From positions 275,815-339,814 of the forward strand of contig CAZBAS010000001.1 of the NCBI GenBank assembly GCA_964490395.1: 64,000 nucleotides of DNA, given 5' to 3'. The notes under the pieces are model-generated. The model ran no database searches. It saw only the letters and a list, made by a program, of their open reading frames with translations, and was not told the DNA's origin. Below, in pieces: positions 9,557 to 18,381 of the stretch. Position numbers and translations under genes: made by a program. The stretch's first letter is position 1, and the number at the start of each line of letters is the position of its first letter. Source of the DNA: an uncultured Candidatus Saccharibacteria bacterium. Lineage in GTDB: Bacteria > Patescibacteriota > Doudnabacteria > UBA920.

Positions 9557-11068
9557 TTATTTTTTTCTAAAGAAAGTAGGAAGGTTGAAGTCTTGTAGTT
9601 TGAGTTCGCGGACGCGTTGCATAATGCCTTTGTCGTGCTCGTTAAGGTACGCGCGAATGCGGTTGCGAGCATTGCTTGTTTTGGCGGCCCTCAGCCAATC
9701 GCGAGATATTTTAACTGGCTGTTTGCTTTTCAAAATTTCTACTACATTACCCTGTTCAAGAGTGTCAGTAATTTTACTCATTTTCCCATTTATTTTTGCA
9801 CCCATCATATAGAAACCCAGGTCTGAGTGTATGCTAAATGCGAAATCTATAGCAGTTGCTCCGGCTGGCAAATCTTTTGCGTCGCCTTTAGGGGTAAGTA
9901 CAAAAATGCGATCTTTAAAATAATCAATCTTAAGACTCTCAATAAAGTCTTCGCTTTGTACTGCTTCTTCTTGCCACCGCTGTAATTCTTGTACCCAGCT
10001 GGTTGCTTTTTCCTGGCTGATGGTTGGTTTGCCACTTTCGTTGTAGAACCAGTGAGCGGCAACTCCTCGCTCCGCAGCTTCGTGCATTAAGTCGGTGCGA
10101 AATTGAATTTCAAATATACTGCCGTCTTCATCGAGTACGGTAGTATGCAAACTTTGGTACCCGTTTGGCTTTGGCATGCCAATATAATCTTTTATACGGC
10201 CCGGGAGTGGTTGAAAATGTTTGTGAATTATTCCCAATGCGGCGTAGCAGTCTGCGGTAGACTTGGTAATTATACGCACAGCAATAATGTCATAAATTTT
10301 GGTATTTTCGCCTTTGTATTTTAGGAGCTTTTTATGCAAAGAATATACACGTTTTGTGCGACCGTACACTTCTAAGAATTTTACTCCTTCCATTTTAAGT
10401 ACTTGAGTAATTTTCTTTTCAATTTGTTTAACCGTATGCTGGCGTTCAGCGAGAAGCTCTGCTAGGTGCGTGCGGGTTTCAGCGAATATTTTTGGGTCAA
10501 CAATGGCAAAGGCCCTGTCCTCGAGTTCATCTTTCCAAGCGTTTATACCAAGCCGAGCGGCAATGGGGGCGTATACCTCCAAAGTCTCCGTGGCTATTTT
10601 AAGTTGTTTTTCTGGCGGGAGGTGCTCCAGAGTGCGCATGTTGTGCATGCGATCCGCAAGTTTAATAAGCATAACGCGAATGTCTTTGCTTGTAGCAATA
10701 AACATCTTGCGTAATGTTTCTACGTACTGCGGGTCTTTGCTGTTACGCAGGCGCACTTGTCCGAGCTTGGTTACTCCATCAACTAAGTGTGCTATGGTTT
10801 CCCCAAATTCTTTGGTTATGTCAGCTATGGTAACAGCAGTGTTCTCGGGTGCATCATGCATGAACTCAGCTGCAAGACTAGTAGCATCGGGAAAAATTTG
10901 GCCCATTATAATGGCCGCTTCAATTGGGTGGTTTATATAGGGCTCGCCGCTTTTTCGCTTTTGGCCCTCATGTGCCTTTGTAGCAAATTCCAAAGCGCGC
11001 TTAAGAAGCTCCTGTTCTTCAGGAGCAAACTTGTGCGGTATGGATTTTAAAAATTGCTCAAAAGGCAT
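9557..11068 (-). CDS. rel: Bifunctional (p)ppGpp synthetase/hydrolase Rel/SpoT, short form (HD-synthetase-TGS, no ACT)
   Basis: HD motif HDAPEDT, RelA_SpoT synthetase region, TGS (VLTPKGDAKDLPAGATAIDFA); start taken at MPFEQ (ATG 11068). Confidence 0.85.
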   Translation of the reverse strand: MPFEQFLKSIPHKFAPEEQELLKRALEFATKAHEGQKRKSGEPYINHPIEAAIIMGQIFPDATSLAAEFMHDAPENTAVTIADITKEFGETIAHLVDGVTKLGQVRLRNSKDPQYVETLRKMFIATSKDIRVMLIKLADRMHNMRTLEHLPPEKQLKIATETLEVYAPIAARLGINAWKDELEDRAFAIVDPKIFAETRTHLAELLAERQHTVKQIEKKITQVLKMEGVKFLEVYGRTKRVYSLHKKLLKYKGENTKIYDIIAVRIITKSTADCYAALGIIHKHFQPLPGRIKDYIGMPKPNGYQSLHTTVLDEDGSIFEIQFRTDLMHEAAERGVAAHWFYNESGKPTISQEKATSWVQELQRWQEEAVQSEDFIESLKIDYFKDRIFVLTPKGDAKDLPAGATAIDFAFSIHSDLGFYMMGAKINGKMSKITDTLEQGNVVEILKSKQPVKISRDWLRAAKTSNARNRIRAYLNEHDKGIMQRVRELKLQDFNLPTFFRKK

Positions 11069-11185
11069 ATGGGTAGTGTAGAGTGAAAAGAGAAAAGTGA
11101 AAAGGGCTAATTCATAATTCATTTCTAAAAAAACAAGGCCAGGTTTTAGCTGGCCGTAGATATGCAAAACCGCACTGTAACACTA

Positions 11186-11728
11186 TTAGTTTTGTGCGAA
11201 GTATGACTCAGCATCATTGAGCAAGTTGAGGCTCCGTCTTACAGTCTCGCCCCACTCTGCTTTCGAAGTGTCTTCGGGTCTTGTGTGCTTTGCTATGAGC
11301 AGTTTTGCTTGTAAGGCAAGTTCTTTTTGCGTCTCGTTTGAAGTGATGATGGTGTTATGTATAAAAACCATCCCATTTTCTGTCGCCTTAATTTGCCTTG
11401 ATTCCTTGATTTCTGATATCGCTAGCATTTGTCCAAATGCCAGCTGCCTAGGGCTCGCCCAACGCATAGTGTAAACAGAGCCTTTTATCACGCAAATTGT
11501 TAGCAATATATCGCCGGGAAGTTGAATATTCATCTTCAAGGTGGGGCCGTCTGAGGATTTTGCTAGCACGACATTGCTTGGGCCTAAATTCTGCTCTTCC
11601 ATAATCTCTCCTGTAGCTTTTGCGAAGAAATAAAAGCCAGACCAATCGTGGCCTGACAAATTACAGGGTAAGTATATTCTTTTTTCAAGGTTTGGCAATG
11701 GTATATTCTTTACACTTTTCTCATTCAA
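11186..11728 (-). CDS. Hypothetical protein (TTG start in track; start uncertain)
   Basis: ORF only; no recognizable motifs. Confidence 0.3.
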   Translation of the reverse strand: MNEKSVKNIPLPNLEKRIYLPCNLSGHDWSGFYFFAKATGEIMEEQNLGPSNVVLAKSSDGPTLKMNIQLPGDILLTICVIKGSVYTMRWASPRQLAFGQMLAISEIKESRQIKATENGMVFIHNTIITSNETQKELALQAKLLIAKHTRPEDTSKAEWGETVRRSLNLLNDAESYFAQN

Positions 11729-11743
11729 CTTTACACTGCATTT

Positions 11744-12781
11744 ATGCCAGAACTACCTGAAGTTGAGACTGTTGTTTCGGAATTGCATAAAAAGCTGAAA
11801 GGGAAAACCATTGCTTCGGTTGAAGTGCGAAAACCAAAGCTTATTAGTGTTGGGCCAAAGACTGTTTCGAACATTCGTAAAGTGAGTAAGAGCAAAGTAA
11901 AAATATTTCAGGAATTATTAGCTGGGCAGAAAGTTGTTTCGGTGAAACGGAGGGCGAAGTTGTTGATATTTGATTTGGACCGTAGTCTCACCCCCTCTAA
12001 CTCCCCCTTAGAAAAGGGGAGAACAAGAGAAAATACCTTTGGTCCTGCCCCTCTCCTTTCTAAGGAGAGGCTGGGTGTGGTGAAAGAAACTGGTTCATTA
12101 TCAATGCTCGTGCATTTGAAAATGACCGGACAGTTTATATGCGAAAACAAGGCGCTTCGTAAAAAAACAAATGGCAAATATAGAATTCTAAACAGGCCAA
12201 CAGCGCCACTCGTACAGCTGCCCTGTAAGTTTACGCATGTAATTTTCCATTTTTCAGATGAGTCAACGCTTTACTTTAATGACATGCGCCAGTTCGGCTA
12301 TCTAAAAATAGTGCGCGATGATGAGATTGGCCGAGTCCGCGAACTGAAAGAATTTGGTCCTGAACCTTTCTCAAAAGAGTTCACGTGCGAAAAGTTTAAG
12401 GCTGCAGTAAAAAAGAGGATTAAGTCACCTATTAAGCTTGTGCTCATGGACCCTAAAGTCGTGGCGGGAATAGGGAATATATATAGCGATGAAATTTTAT
12501 TTCATGCAGGCGTACGGCCAGAGCGGCTCGTATCAAGAATTAAGAATCAAGAATTAAGCAAAATCTATGAAGCCATACGGCCCATCCTAAAGAAAGGGAT
12601 AGAGGCTAAAGGCTCAAGTGTAGGAGACTTTGTACGTACCGACGGCACCTGGGGCCAGATGGGAAAATATCATTTTGTGTATGGCCGTAAAGGAGAAGAC
12701 TGCAAACGTTGTGGTACTATAATAGAAAGCACAAAGCTCGGCGGCCGCACCGCAAGCTTCTGCCCGAAGTGCCAGGTATAG
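11744..12781 (+). CDS. fpg: Formamidopyrimidine-DNA glycosylase family (Fpg/Nei) carrying an in-frame roughly 40-aa palindromic insertion
   Basis: MPELPEVETV N-terminus (catalytic Pro2/Glu3), C-terminal zinc finger CxxC...CxxC; extra segment 11990-12110. Confidence 0.85.
   Translation: MPELPEVETVVSELHKKLKGKTIASVEVRKPKLISVGPKTVSNIRKVSKSKVKIFQELLAGQKVVSVKRRAKLLIFDLDRSLTPSNSPLEKGRTRENTFGPAPLLSKERLGVVKETGSLSMLVHLKMTGQFICENKALRKKTNGKYRILNRPTAPLVQLPCKFTHVIFHFSDESTLYFNDMRQFGYLKIVRDDEIGRVRELKEFGPEPFSKEFTCEKFKAAVKKRIKSPIKLVLMDPKVVAGIGNIYSDEILFHAGVRPERLVSRIKNQELSKIYEAIRPILKKGIEAKGSSVGDFVRTDGTWGQMGKYHFVYGRKGEDCKRCGTIIESTKLGGRTASFCPKCQV
11995..12075. repeat. Two adjacent perfect/near-perfect hairpins inside fpg CDS (CTCCCCCTTAGAAAAGGGGAG and CCTCTCCTTTCTAAGGAGAGG)
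   Basis: Palindromes read directly; in frame within fpg. Confidence 0.8.
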
Positions 12782-12799
12782 AATTATGAATTACGAATT

Positions 12800-13018
12800 A
12801 TGAATCAAGAAAATAGTGTTGAATTTTCTGATCGTGAGATGTTGCTGGAAATTTTAGAACATTCTCGCAAAACAAAAAACTACATAAAGTGGCAACTTAT
12901 TATTACGGTTGCGTTGGTTGTTGTGCCTTTGCTTGCTATGGGTGTAATTTTGCCTATTGCGCTGAAGTCCCTGGGGTCGGTTTATGGCAGTGGCGGGATA
13001 TTAGAGGGGATTCAATAA
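12800..13018 (+). CDS. Small membrane protein (72 aa)
   Basis: One hydrophobic helix; ORF only. Confidence 0.35.
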   Translation: MNQENSVEFSDREMLLEILEHSRKTKNYIKWQLIITVALVVVPLLAMGVILPIALKSLGSVYGSGGILEGIQ

Positions 13019-13089
13019 CATAGGACTTATATGCCATATAGGCCCTATAGGACAAATAGGTCTTATATTCTTTTCACCTAATTCATAAC

Positions 13090-13123
13090 CCGCCTCTTCG
13101 GCGGACATGCCGATGAGGCATGG
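13090..13123. repeat. Intergenic double-hairpin element (CCGCCTCTTCGGCGGAC + CATGCCGATGAGGCATGG); 17-mer identical to copy inside CDS at 55450
   Basis: Exact 17-nt match to 55450-55466; two stem-loops. Confidence 0.8.
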
Positions 13124-13149
13124 TTCTTTATTCGTAATACTATCTACCT

Positions 13150-13473
13150 ATGACCGAAGAAAAATGGGATCAGATGTGTGAAATGCTTGAGGACAAATAC
13201 CCTGACCTTGAGCGATATAGAGAAAATTTAGAAGGGGAGCATGGGGGCGTGCAAGAGGTGCTAGAGTTTGAAGGGCCGGCTGGGCCAATGCGTGTAGTGC
13301 GTACGAGCAAGCCAGCGGTAACAGGCGTGGAGCACCACTATTCGCATCGTCAGGGGGCGACTGCTAGTACGGAATACAAATACTCAGACAGCGAAATGGC
13401 GCACAAAGTAAAAGTCTACCGAGAAGTAGGTGGTGAGTGGGAAGAAATGGATGCAAGCAGTATGGGATTCTAG
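13150..13473 (+). CDS. Small acidic hypothetical protein (107 aa)
   Basis: ORF only. Confidence 0.35.
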   Translation: MTEEKWDQMCEMLEDKYPDLERYRENLEGEHGGVQEVLEFEGPAGPMRVVRTSKPAVTGVEHHYSHRQGATASTEYKYSDSEMAHKVKVYREVGGEWEEMDASSMGF

Positions 13474-13476
13474 GGA

Positions 13477-13620
13477 AGTGACAAAAATTAAAAAAGTGAC
13501 CCTCCTACGCTAAAGCTACGGCGGGCGCAGCAATAAATTTTTGCCTGTCCGCCATAGCCTTGGCGACGGTGGATCATTTTTACTTATTTTTGTTCACTTT
13601 TGTCATTTACCTAAGGGGTA
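13477..13620. repeat. Composite intergenic palindromic element (AT-rich GTGACAAAAAT arms flanking GC-rich GCTAAAGCTACGGCGGG ... CCGCCATAGCCTTGGC hairpin)
   Basis: Nested inverted repeats; shares a 16-mer (1 mismatch) with the in-CDS element at 15301 and a 13-mer with 46196. Confidence 0.7.
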
Positions 13621-14553
13621 ATGCAGGGGATATATATGAATCTAGAAGATCGGATAACTAAAACCTTAACGCTTTTCGCTTTGCAATCTACGGCGCTCAC
13701 ACTGCTTGAGCTGTGGCATTTTTTGGTACGCGATGCCGCAGAGTTTGAGTCTTCCGTGAGCGCACATGGCGAGCTCGTAGATGTGCCTGTGTTGGAAAAT
13801 CGTACAGCAACCATAGCACAAGTTCTTAAAGCACTTACGCTACTGGTTGCCAGTGGGGAAGTAGCTGAGCAGTATGGGTACTATACGATGCGAGCACATG
13901 AAGGCCTGCTAGAAAAGCGGTGGCATGGCTACACGCATGGTGTATGGCGCGAAAAACGCATACGAAGGTTTTCCAAAGCGCTTGCCTGCATTCCATTTGT
14001 CCGAGGGGTTGGTTTGGCTGGTAGCCAGGCTCTTGGTTTAGAACGAGCCGAGAGCGATATAGATTTATTTATTATTACTGCTCCAGGGTGGCTGTGGCTA
14101 CCGCGCACACTTATAACAGGATTCTTCCAAGTACTTGGCATGCGCCGGCATGGCAGTTTTGTGGCGAACCGAGTCTGTTTGAACCACTATGTTTCCGGCG
14201 CAAAACAAATGACGCACGGCAGAAATTGGTATACCGCAATAGAGTACGCTAAATTGCGCCCATTGTACGGAGCACATACAGTTGCTCAGTTTCAAGACGC
14301 CAACCGCGATTGGATTAAAGTGTTTTTTCCAAATGTTGACGCAGCGTTACAAGGACAGGCATCTGTTAGTAAAATACAGAAATTTGTCGAGATGTGTTTT
14401 GATCTGCTTGGTGGTACTTTGCTTGAGCGCGTTTTTGGTCGTTGGCAGAGCAGGCGCATTCATAAAAATGAGCCACATATAATTGTGTCAGAAGACGAAC
14501 TTTCATTTCATCCCCAGAGTAAGCAAGATGCGCTGCTTGAAGCGTTTAAGTAA
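13621..14553 (+). CDS. Nucleotidyltransferase-fold protein (Pol-beta-like GS...DxD motif)
   Basis: GSQALGLERAESDIDLF motif; rest unrecognized. Confidence 0.5.
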   Translation: MQGIYMNLEDRITKTLTLFALQSTALTLLELWHFLVRDAAEFESSVSAHGELVDVPVLENRTATIAQVLKALTLLVASGEVAEQYGYYTMRAHEGLLEKRWHGYTHGVWREKRIRRFSKALACIPFVRGVGLAGSQALGLERAESDIDLFIITAPGWLWLPRTLITGFFQVLGMRRHGSFVANRVCLNHYVSGAKQMTHGRNWYTAIEYAKLRPLYGAHTVAQFQDANRDWIKVFFPNVDAALQGQASVSKIQKFVEMCFDLLGGTLLERVFGRWQSRRIHKNEPHIIVSEDELSFHPQSKQDALLEAFK

Positions 14554-14587
14554 TTACATTGACGAATCTGCGAATGGAACGAATGTT

Positions 14588-14649
14588 ACGAATAACTGCG
14601 AATCTAGAGACCGTATAAATGCGGTCTGTCGATATTCGCAGTTATTCGT
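14588..14649. terminator. Bidirectional terminator element: 16-bp perfect inverted repeat ACGAATAACTGCGAAT/ATTCGCAGTTATTCGT around inner hairpin GACCGTATAAATGCGGTC
   Basis: Between convergent genes; same 16-mer recurs at 40899-40914. Confidence 0.7.
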
Positions 14650-14690
14650 TGTATTCGTCTATTCGTAGGATTCGTCAACACACCAGCCGT

Positions 14691-15548
14691 CTATGCCTTT
14701 GTAAACTCTAACACTAGAATTATGGGAAACCTGTGGAGCTGGTAGGTGAGGTTGTAGCTGTTACTGTCGGTAGGGCTTTGGATGTCCTCTAGACCTGTAA
14801 GGGTAAGCCCAGCCTGTGCCGCGTTTCTTATGTGCGTGGAGAGGGGAGTAAAATGTGATCCAAGATTTGGGCGCCATTCGAAGTTTGGTCGGTTTTGCCG
14901 CATCATTTCATTGTAGAACCGTGCAAGTCGCAGGTGCGGTTTTTTCATAAGCAAGCGCCCAACAATCCCACGTTTCCATTCACCAATGGGGTACCCATAG
15001 TAGGGGTTTACAATGCTGGCAAGTAGTGTGCCGCCTGGTTTTAAAACTTCTGTAATGTGGGTTAAGGTAGCGAGCTCGTCTTCAACATCATGTATAACCA
15101 TGCTCGCTGTGACTACATCGAAACTGTCTTTTTCGTAGGGGAGGGGCCTATTTAAGTCGCACACTGTAAAATGCACTTCTGGATATTTTGTTTTCGCAAG
15201 TTCTATAAGCGGCGCTCCTGCATCGCAGGCAAAAACAGTAATAGTGTCATTCTGAGCCGCCCTGGGCGAAGAATCTGTATTGCGAGATTCTTCCACCGCC
15301 GCTAAAGCTATGGCGGACAAGTCGGTCGCCAGGCCTCCCTCAGAATGACGGAAAAAATTAGATAAAAGCCCTGCCAGCCAGCCATCGCCGCATCCCGCGT
15401 CTAATATCCGCATTGGTTGTTGCGAGCTCCCAGCTATTTTTTGCAAAAACGTTTTACCCAATACTTCTCGAAAAATCTTTCCGTCTTCAGAATCCAAAAA
15501 ATGTTGATATGCAGTACTCGCTGCGCCGCTATTGTATGAGTGGTCCAT
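14691..15548 (-). CDS. Class I SAM-dependent methyltransferase carrying an in-frame 114-bp palindromic insertion
   Basis: Motif I ILDAGCGDGWLAG; Rossmann methyltransferase order; insertion at 15246-15359. Confidence 0.75.
   Translation of the reverse strand: MDHSYNSGAASTAYQHFLDSEDGKIFREVLGKTFLQKIAGSSQQPMRILDAGCGDGWLAGLLSNFFRHSEGGLATDLSAIALAAVEESRNTDSSPRAAQNDTITVFACDAGAPLIELAKTKYPEVHFTVCDLNRPLPYEKDSFDVVTASMVIHDVEDELATLTHITEVLKPGGTLLASIVNPYYGYPIGEWKRGIVGRLLMKKPHLRLARFYNEMMRQNRPNFEWRPNLGSHFTPLSTHIRNAAQAGLTLTGLEDIQSPTDSNSYNLTYQLHRFPIILVLEFTKA
15246..15359. repeat. 114-bp GC-rich element with 11-bp terminal inverted repeats (GTCATTCTGAG/CTCAGAATGAC) and inner 9-bp IR, inside the methyltransferase CDS, in frame
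   Basis: Length is a multiple of 3; contains GCTAAAGCTATGGCGG matching intergenic 13509. Confidence 0.8.
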
Positions 15549-15635
15549 ATGAATAGTGTATCGAAAAGTAGGGCAAAATAAAAACCCAGACAGCAGAGAG
15601 ACTCTGTTGCCGGGCTTGGTCGGTGCGCGCGCTGC

Positions 15636-15845
15636 TTATTTCGGCCCCCAAATTAACAGTTTTAATATGATGGGGATCGCTAGACCGAGGACTACGCCTA
15701 CAAATAGCCATAGGGCTCGTTCGAGCAGTCGGCTGTCCCACTCTTTGGATTCAAGTTTTGTTTGTTTCCCAATGATTGCGCCAAATGTGGCGCCAATTAT
15801 CATGAAAAACAGCAGCGTGCTGGAGAAAAAGCCTTCGCCTTCCAT
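15636..15845 (-). CDS. Small two-helix membrane protein (69 aa)
   Basis: ORF with two hydrophobic segments between methyltransferase and groES. Confidence 0.35.
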   Translation of the reverse strand: MEGEGFFSSTLLFFMIIGATFGAIIGKQTKLESKEWDSRLLERALWLFVGVVLGLAIPIILKLLIWGPK

Positions 15846-16163
15846 GCTGCCTCCTTTCTTTTATACTCGATTTATTTGCCTTAGACAATGATCCGGTTTT
15901 GCTCTGGTCATATCGTGGTCAGTACGTCTTCGTGCTCTTGAATAATACGTCCCCCGACTTTGGTCGGGGAGATGTATCTTGCCAATAGAAATGGCAGGAC
16001 AAAACAGCATACTCTTATTTATATAAAAAACAAGGGTGAACATTCTTGACACCCATCGTTGTTTTGCTAAACTATTATCAGTCGAAGTGGTTGAGTGATA
16101 GATTTATATTACTTTTCCGCTTATCTAATTGAAAAATAAGTAATTAATACATCATAAACAGAT

Positions 16164-16469
16164 ATGCAAGTCAAACCTATTGGGAATCGCATTCTTGTGG
16201 CCCCTATAAAAGAAGAAGAGGTTACAAAGAGTGGTATTGTACTGGCCGCTACCGCAGAAAAAGAGAAAAAGGCTCGCGGTAAAATAGTTGCTGTAGGCAC
16301 TGGCGAAGAAATAACCAAACTCGGCCTGAAGATTGGTGACGAAGTAGTATTTGGAAAATATAGTGGCGATGAGGTAGAAGTGGATGAAAATGGCACTAAG
16401 GTTGAATATAAAGTTTTGTACGTTGGGCATGAAAAAGATGAGTCAGATGTATTAGCAATAATCGAGTAA
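16164..16469 (+). CDS. groES: Co-chaperonin GroES
   Basis: Canonical GroES sequence; precedes groEL. Confidence 0.95.
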   Translation: MQVKPIGNRILVAPIKEEEVTKSGIVLAATAEKEKKARGKIVAVGTGEEITKLGLKIGDEVVFGKYSGDEVEVDENGTKVEYKVLYVGHEKDESDVLAIIE

Positions 16470-16609
16470 ACTCGAAGCACGAAGTTCGAAATCCGAAACA
16501 ATCTCAAAATAGAAAATCTAAAATTTTAAACGTTTTATACATTTAGAATTTAAGATTTGGGATTTGTTTCGAGTTTCGATATTCGAAATTCGGATTTTGA
16601 AAGGAATTT

Positions 16610-18283
16610 ATGTCAAAGATTGTAAAAAAAGGTTTTGCGGCCAAGATGGCCATAATGAACGGTGTTAACATTGCAGCAGATGCAATTAAAGTAACCCTCG
16701 GTCCAACCGGTAAAGCAGTTATTTTGGACAAAGGTTTTGGTAGCCCGGTTATTTCCGATGACGGCGTAACGGTAGCCAAAGAAATAGATTTAGAAGATAA
16801 GTTTGAAAACATTGGCGCTAGCCTTATTCAGGAAGTGGCGAACAAGACAAACGAGCTCGCCGGTGATGGTACTACCACTGCAACCGTACTAGCTCAAAAG
16901 ATGATTGAGCAAGGTTTTGAAGCAGCGGCCATTGCGCCTGCACATGCTAACTCCATTAAGCGTGGTATGGATTCTGCAGTACGGTTTGTGGTAGAACAGC
17001 TTACCAGCGTGAGCAAGAAAATTAGCACCAAAGAAGAAATAGAACAGGTGGCTACTATATCTTCCCTTGATCCGGTTGTGGGTAAGCTCATTGCCGAGAT
17101 AATGGACGAGGTCGGCAAAGACGGGGTTATAACTGTAGAAGAAGGGCAGACCATTGGTCTTGAAAAAGAAGTAGTAAAAGGCATGCGCTTTGACAAAGGT
17201 TTTGTCTCTCCATACATGATGTCAGACACCACGCGCATGGAAGCAGTGTGGGAAGACCCATACATTTTAATTACCGACAAGAAGGTTTCCAGCATTCAGG
17301 ACGTGTTGCCGGTGCTCGAAAAAGTAGCGCAGAGTGGTAAAAAAGACTTGGTTATTATTGCTGAGGATGTAGAGGGCGAGGCGCTTACCACCTTTATTTT
17401 GAACAAGCTTCGCGGCACCTTTAACGTGCTCGCAGTTAAGGCTCCTGGTTTTGGCGACCGCCGCAAAGAAATGTTAATGGACATAGCAGTTCTTACCGGT
17501 GGACAAGTTATAACCGAAGACCTTGGCTTTAAGCTGGATAAAACAGAGTTGGAGCAGCTCGGCCGTGCCCGCAAAGTAATTGCTACTAAAGAATTTACTA
17601 CCATAGTAGATGGCCATGGTGACAAAGCTGCTATAGAAGCTCGCGTAAATCAAATTAAAGGTGAGCATACTAACGCAACAAGTGATTACGATAAAGAAAA
17701 ACTCCAAGAGCGTATTGCACGCCTTTCCGGTGGCGTAGGTGTTATAAAAGTTGGCGCCTTTACCGAAACAGAAATGAAGGCTAAAAAGTTTAAGATTGAA
17801 GACGCCTTAAACGCTACTAAGGCTGCAGTAGAAGAGGGGATTGTTGCTGGTGGTGGCGCAGCGCTGGCGCGTATTGCCCCAAAGCTCGATGGCTTTGGTA
17901 AAGACATGTCCTTTATAGAGCGTGCTGGTGTGAAAGTAGTGCGCAGTGCACTGGAAGCTCCGCTCCGCCAAATAGCTGCCAATGCCGGTATAGAGCCAAC
18001 CGGAATTATTTCGTACGTTCAGTCTTCTAACGAAAACTATTGCGGATATGACTTCTCAAAGTACCAGGACGAAAGCTGGGAAGGTGGTAAGGTTGCAGAT
18101 ATGATGCAGGCGGGTATTGTTGACCCGGTTAAGGTAACTCGCTTAGCGCTTGAGAACGCGGTTTCCGTAGCCTCTACCTTGGTGACCACAGAAGCCATTG
18201 TTGTAGACAAGCCAGAACCGAAGACCGCAGGTCCAGAAGCCGGAGGCATGGGCGGCATGGGCATGGGCGGCATGGGATACTAG
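16610..18283 (+). CDS. groEL: Chaperonin GroEL
   Basis: Canonical GroEL incl. C-terminal GGM repeats. Confidence 0.95.
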   Translation: MSKIVKKGFAAKMAIMNGVNIAADAIKVTLGPTGKAVILDKGFGSPVISDDGVTVAKEIDLEDKFENIGASLIQEVANKTNELAGDGTTTATVLAQKMIEQGFEAAAIAPAHANSIKRGMDSAVRFVVEQLTSVSKKISTKEEIEQVATISSLDPVVGKLIAEIMDEVGKDGVITVEEGQTIGLEKEVVKGMRFDKGFVSPYMMSDTTRMEAVWEDPYILITDKKVSSIQDVLPVLEKVAQSGKKDLVIIAEDVEGEALTTFILNKLRGTFNVLAVKAPGFGDRRKEMLMDIAVLTGGQVITEDLGFKLDKTELEQLGRARKVIATKEFTTIVDGHGDKAAIEARVNQIKGEHTNATSDYDKEKLQERIARLSGGVGVIKVGAFTETEMKAKKFKIEDALNATKAAVEEGIVAGGGAALARIAPKLDGFGKDMSFIERAGVKVVRSALEAPLRQIAANAGIEPTGIISYVQSSNENYCGYDFSKYQDESWEGGKVADMMQAGIVDPVKVTRLALENAVSVASTLVTTEAIVVDKPEPKTAGPEAGGMGGMGMGGMGY

Positions 18284-18338
18284 AAAAAGTAACTAGTAGT
18301 CAGTTGCAAGTAATAAGTTAAAACAATAAGACTGTCGT

Positions 18339-18371
18339 GTACCAACAGGTACGCACGACAGTCTTTTTAGT
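18339..18371 (+). terminator. Intrinsic terminator after groEL (12-bp stem AAGACTGTCGTG/CACGACAGTCTT + T-run)
   Basis: Hairpin + TTTTT. Confidence 0.7.
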
Positions 18372-18381
18372 TACTTGTTTT

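Noticed and set aside
9504-10062. Several short ORFs overlapping rel on both strands (9504..9812, 9617..9826, 9847..10062)
   Set aside because: Inside or antisense to the conserved Rel/SpoT coding sequence. No independent support.
16022-16160. CIRCE/HrcA operator upstream of groES
   Set aside because: Only a sigma70-like TTGACA-17-TAAACT promoter is visible. No TTAGCACTC-N9-GAGTGCTAA inverted repeat is present.
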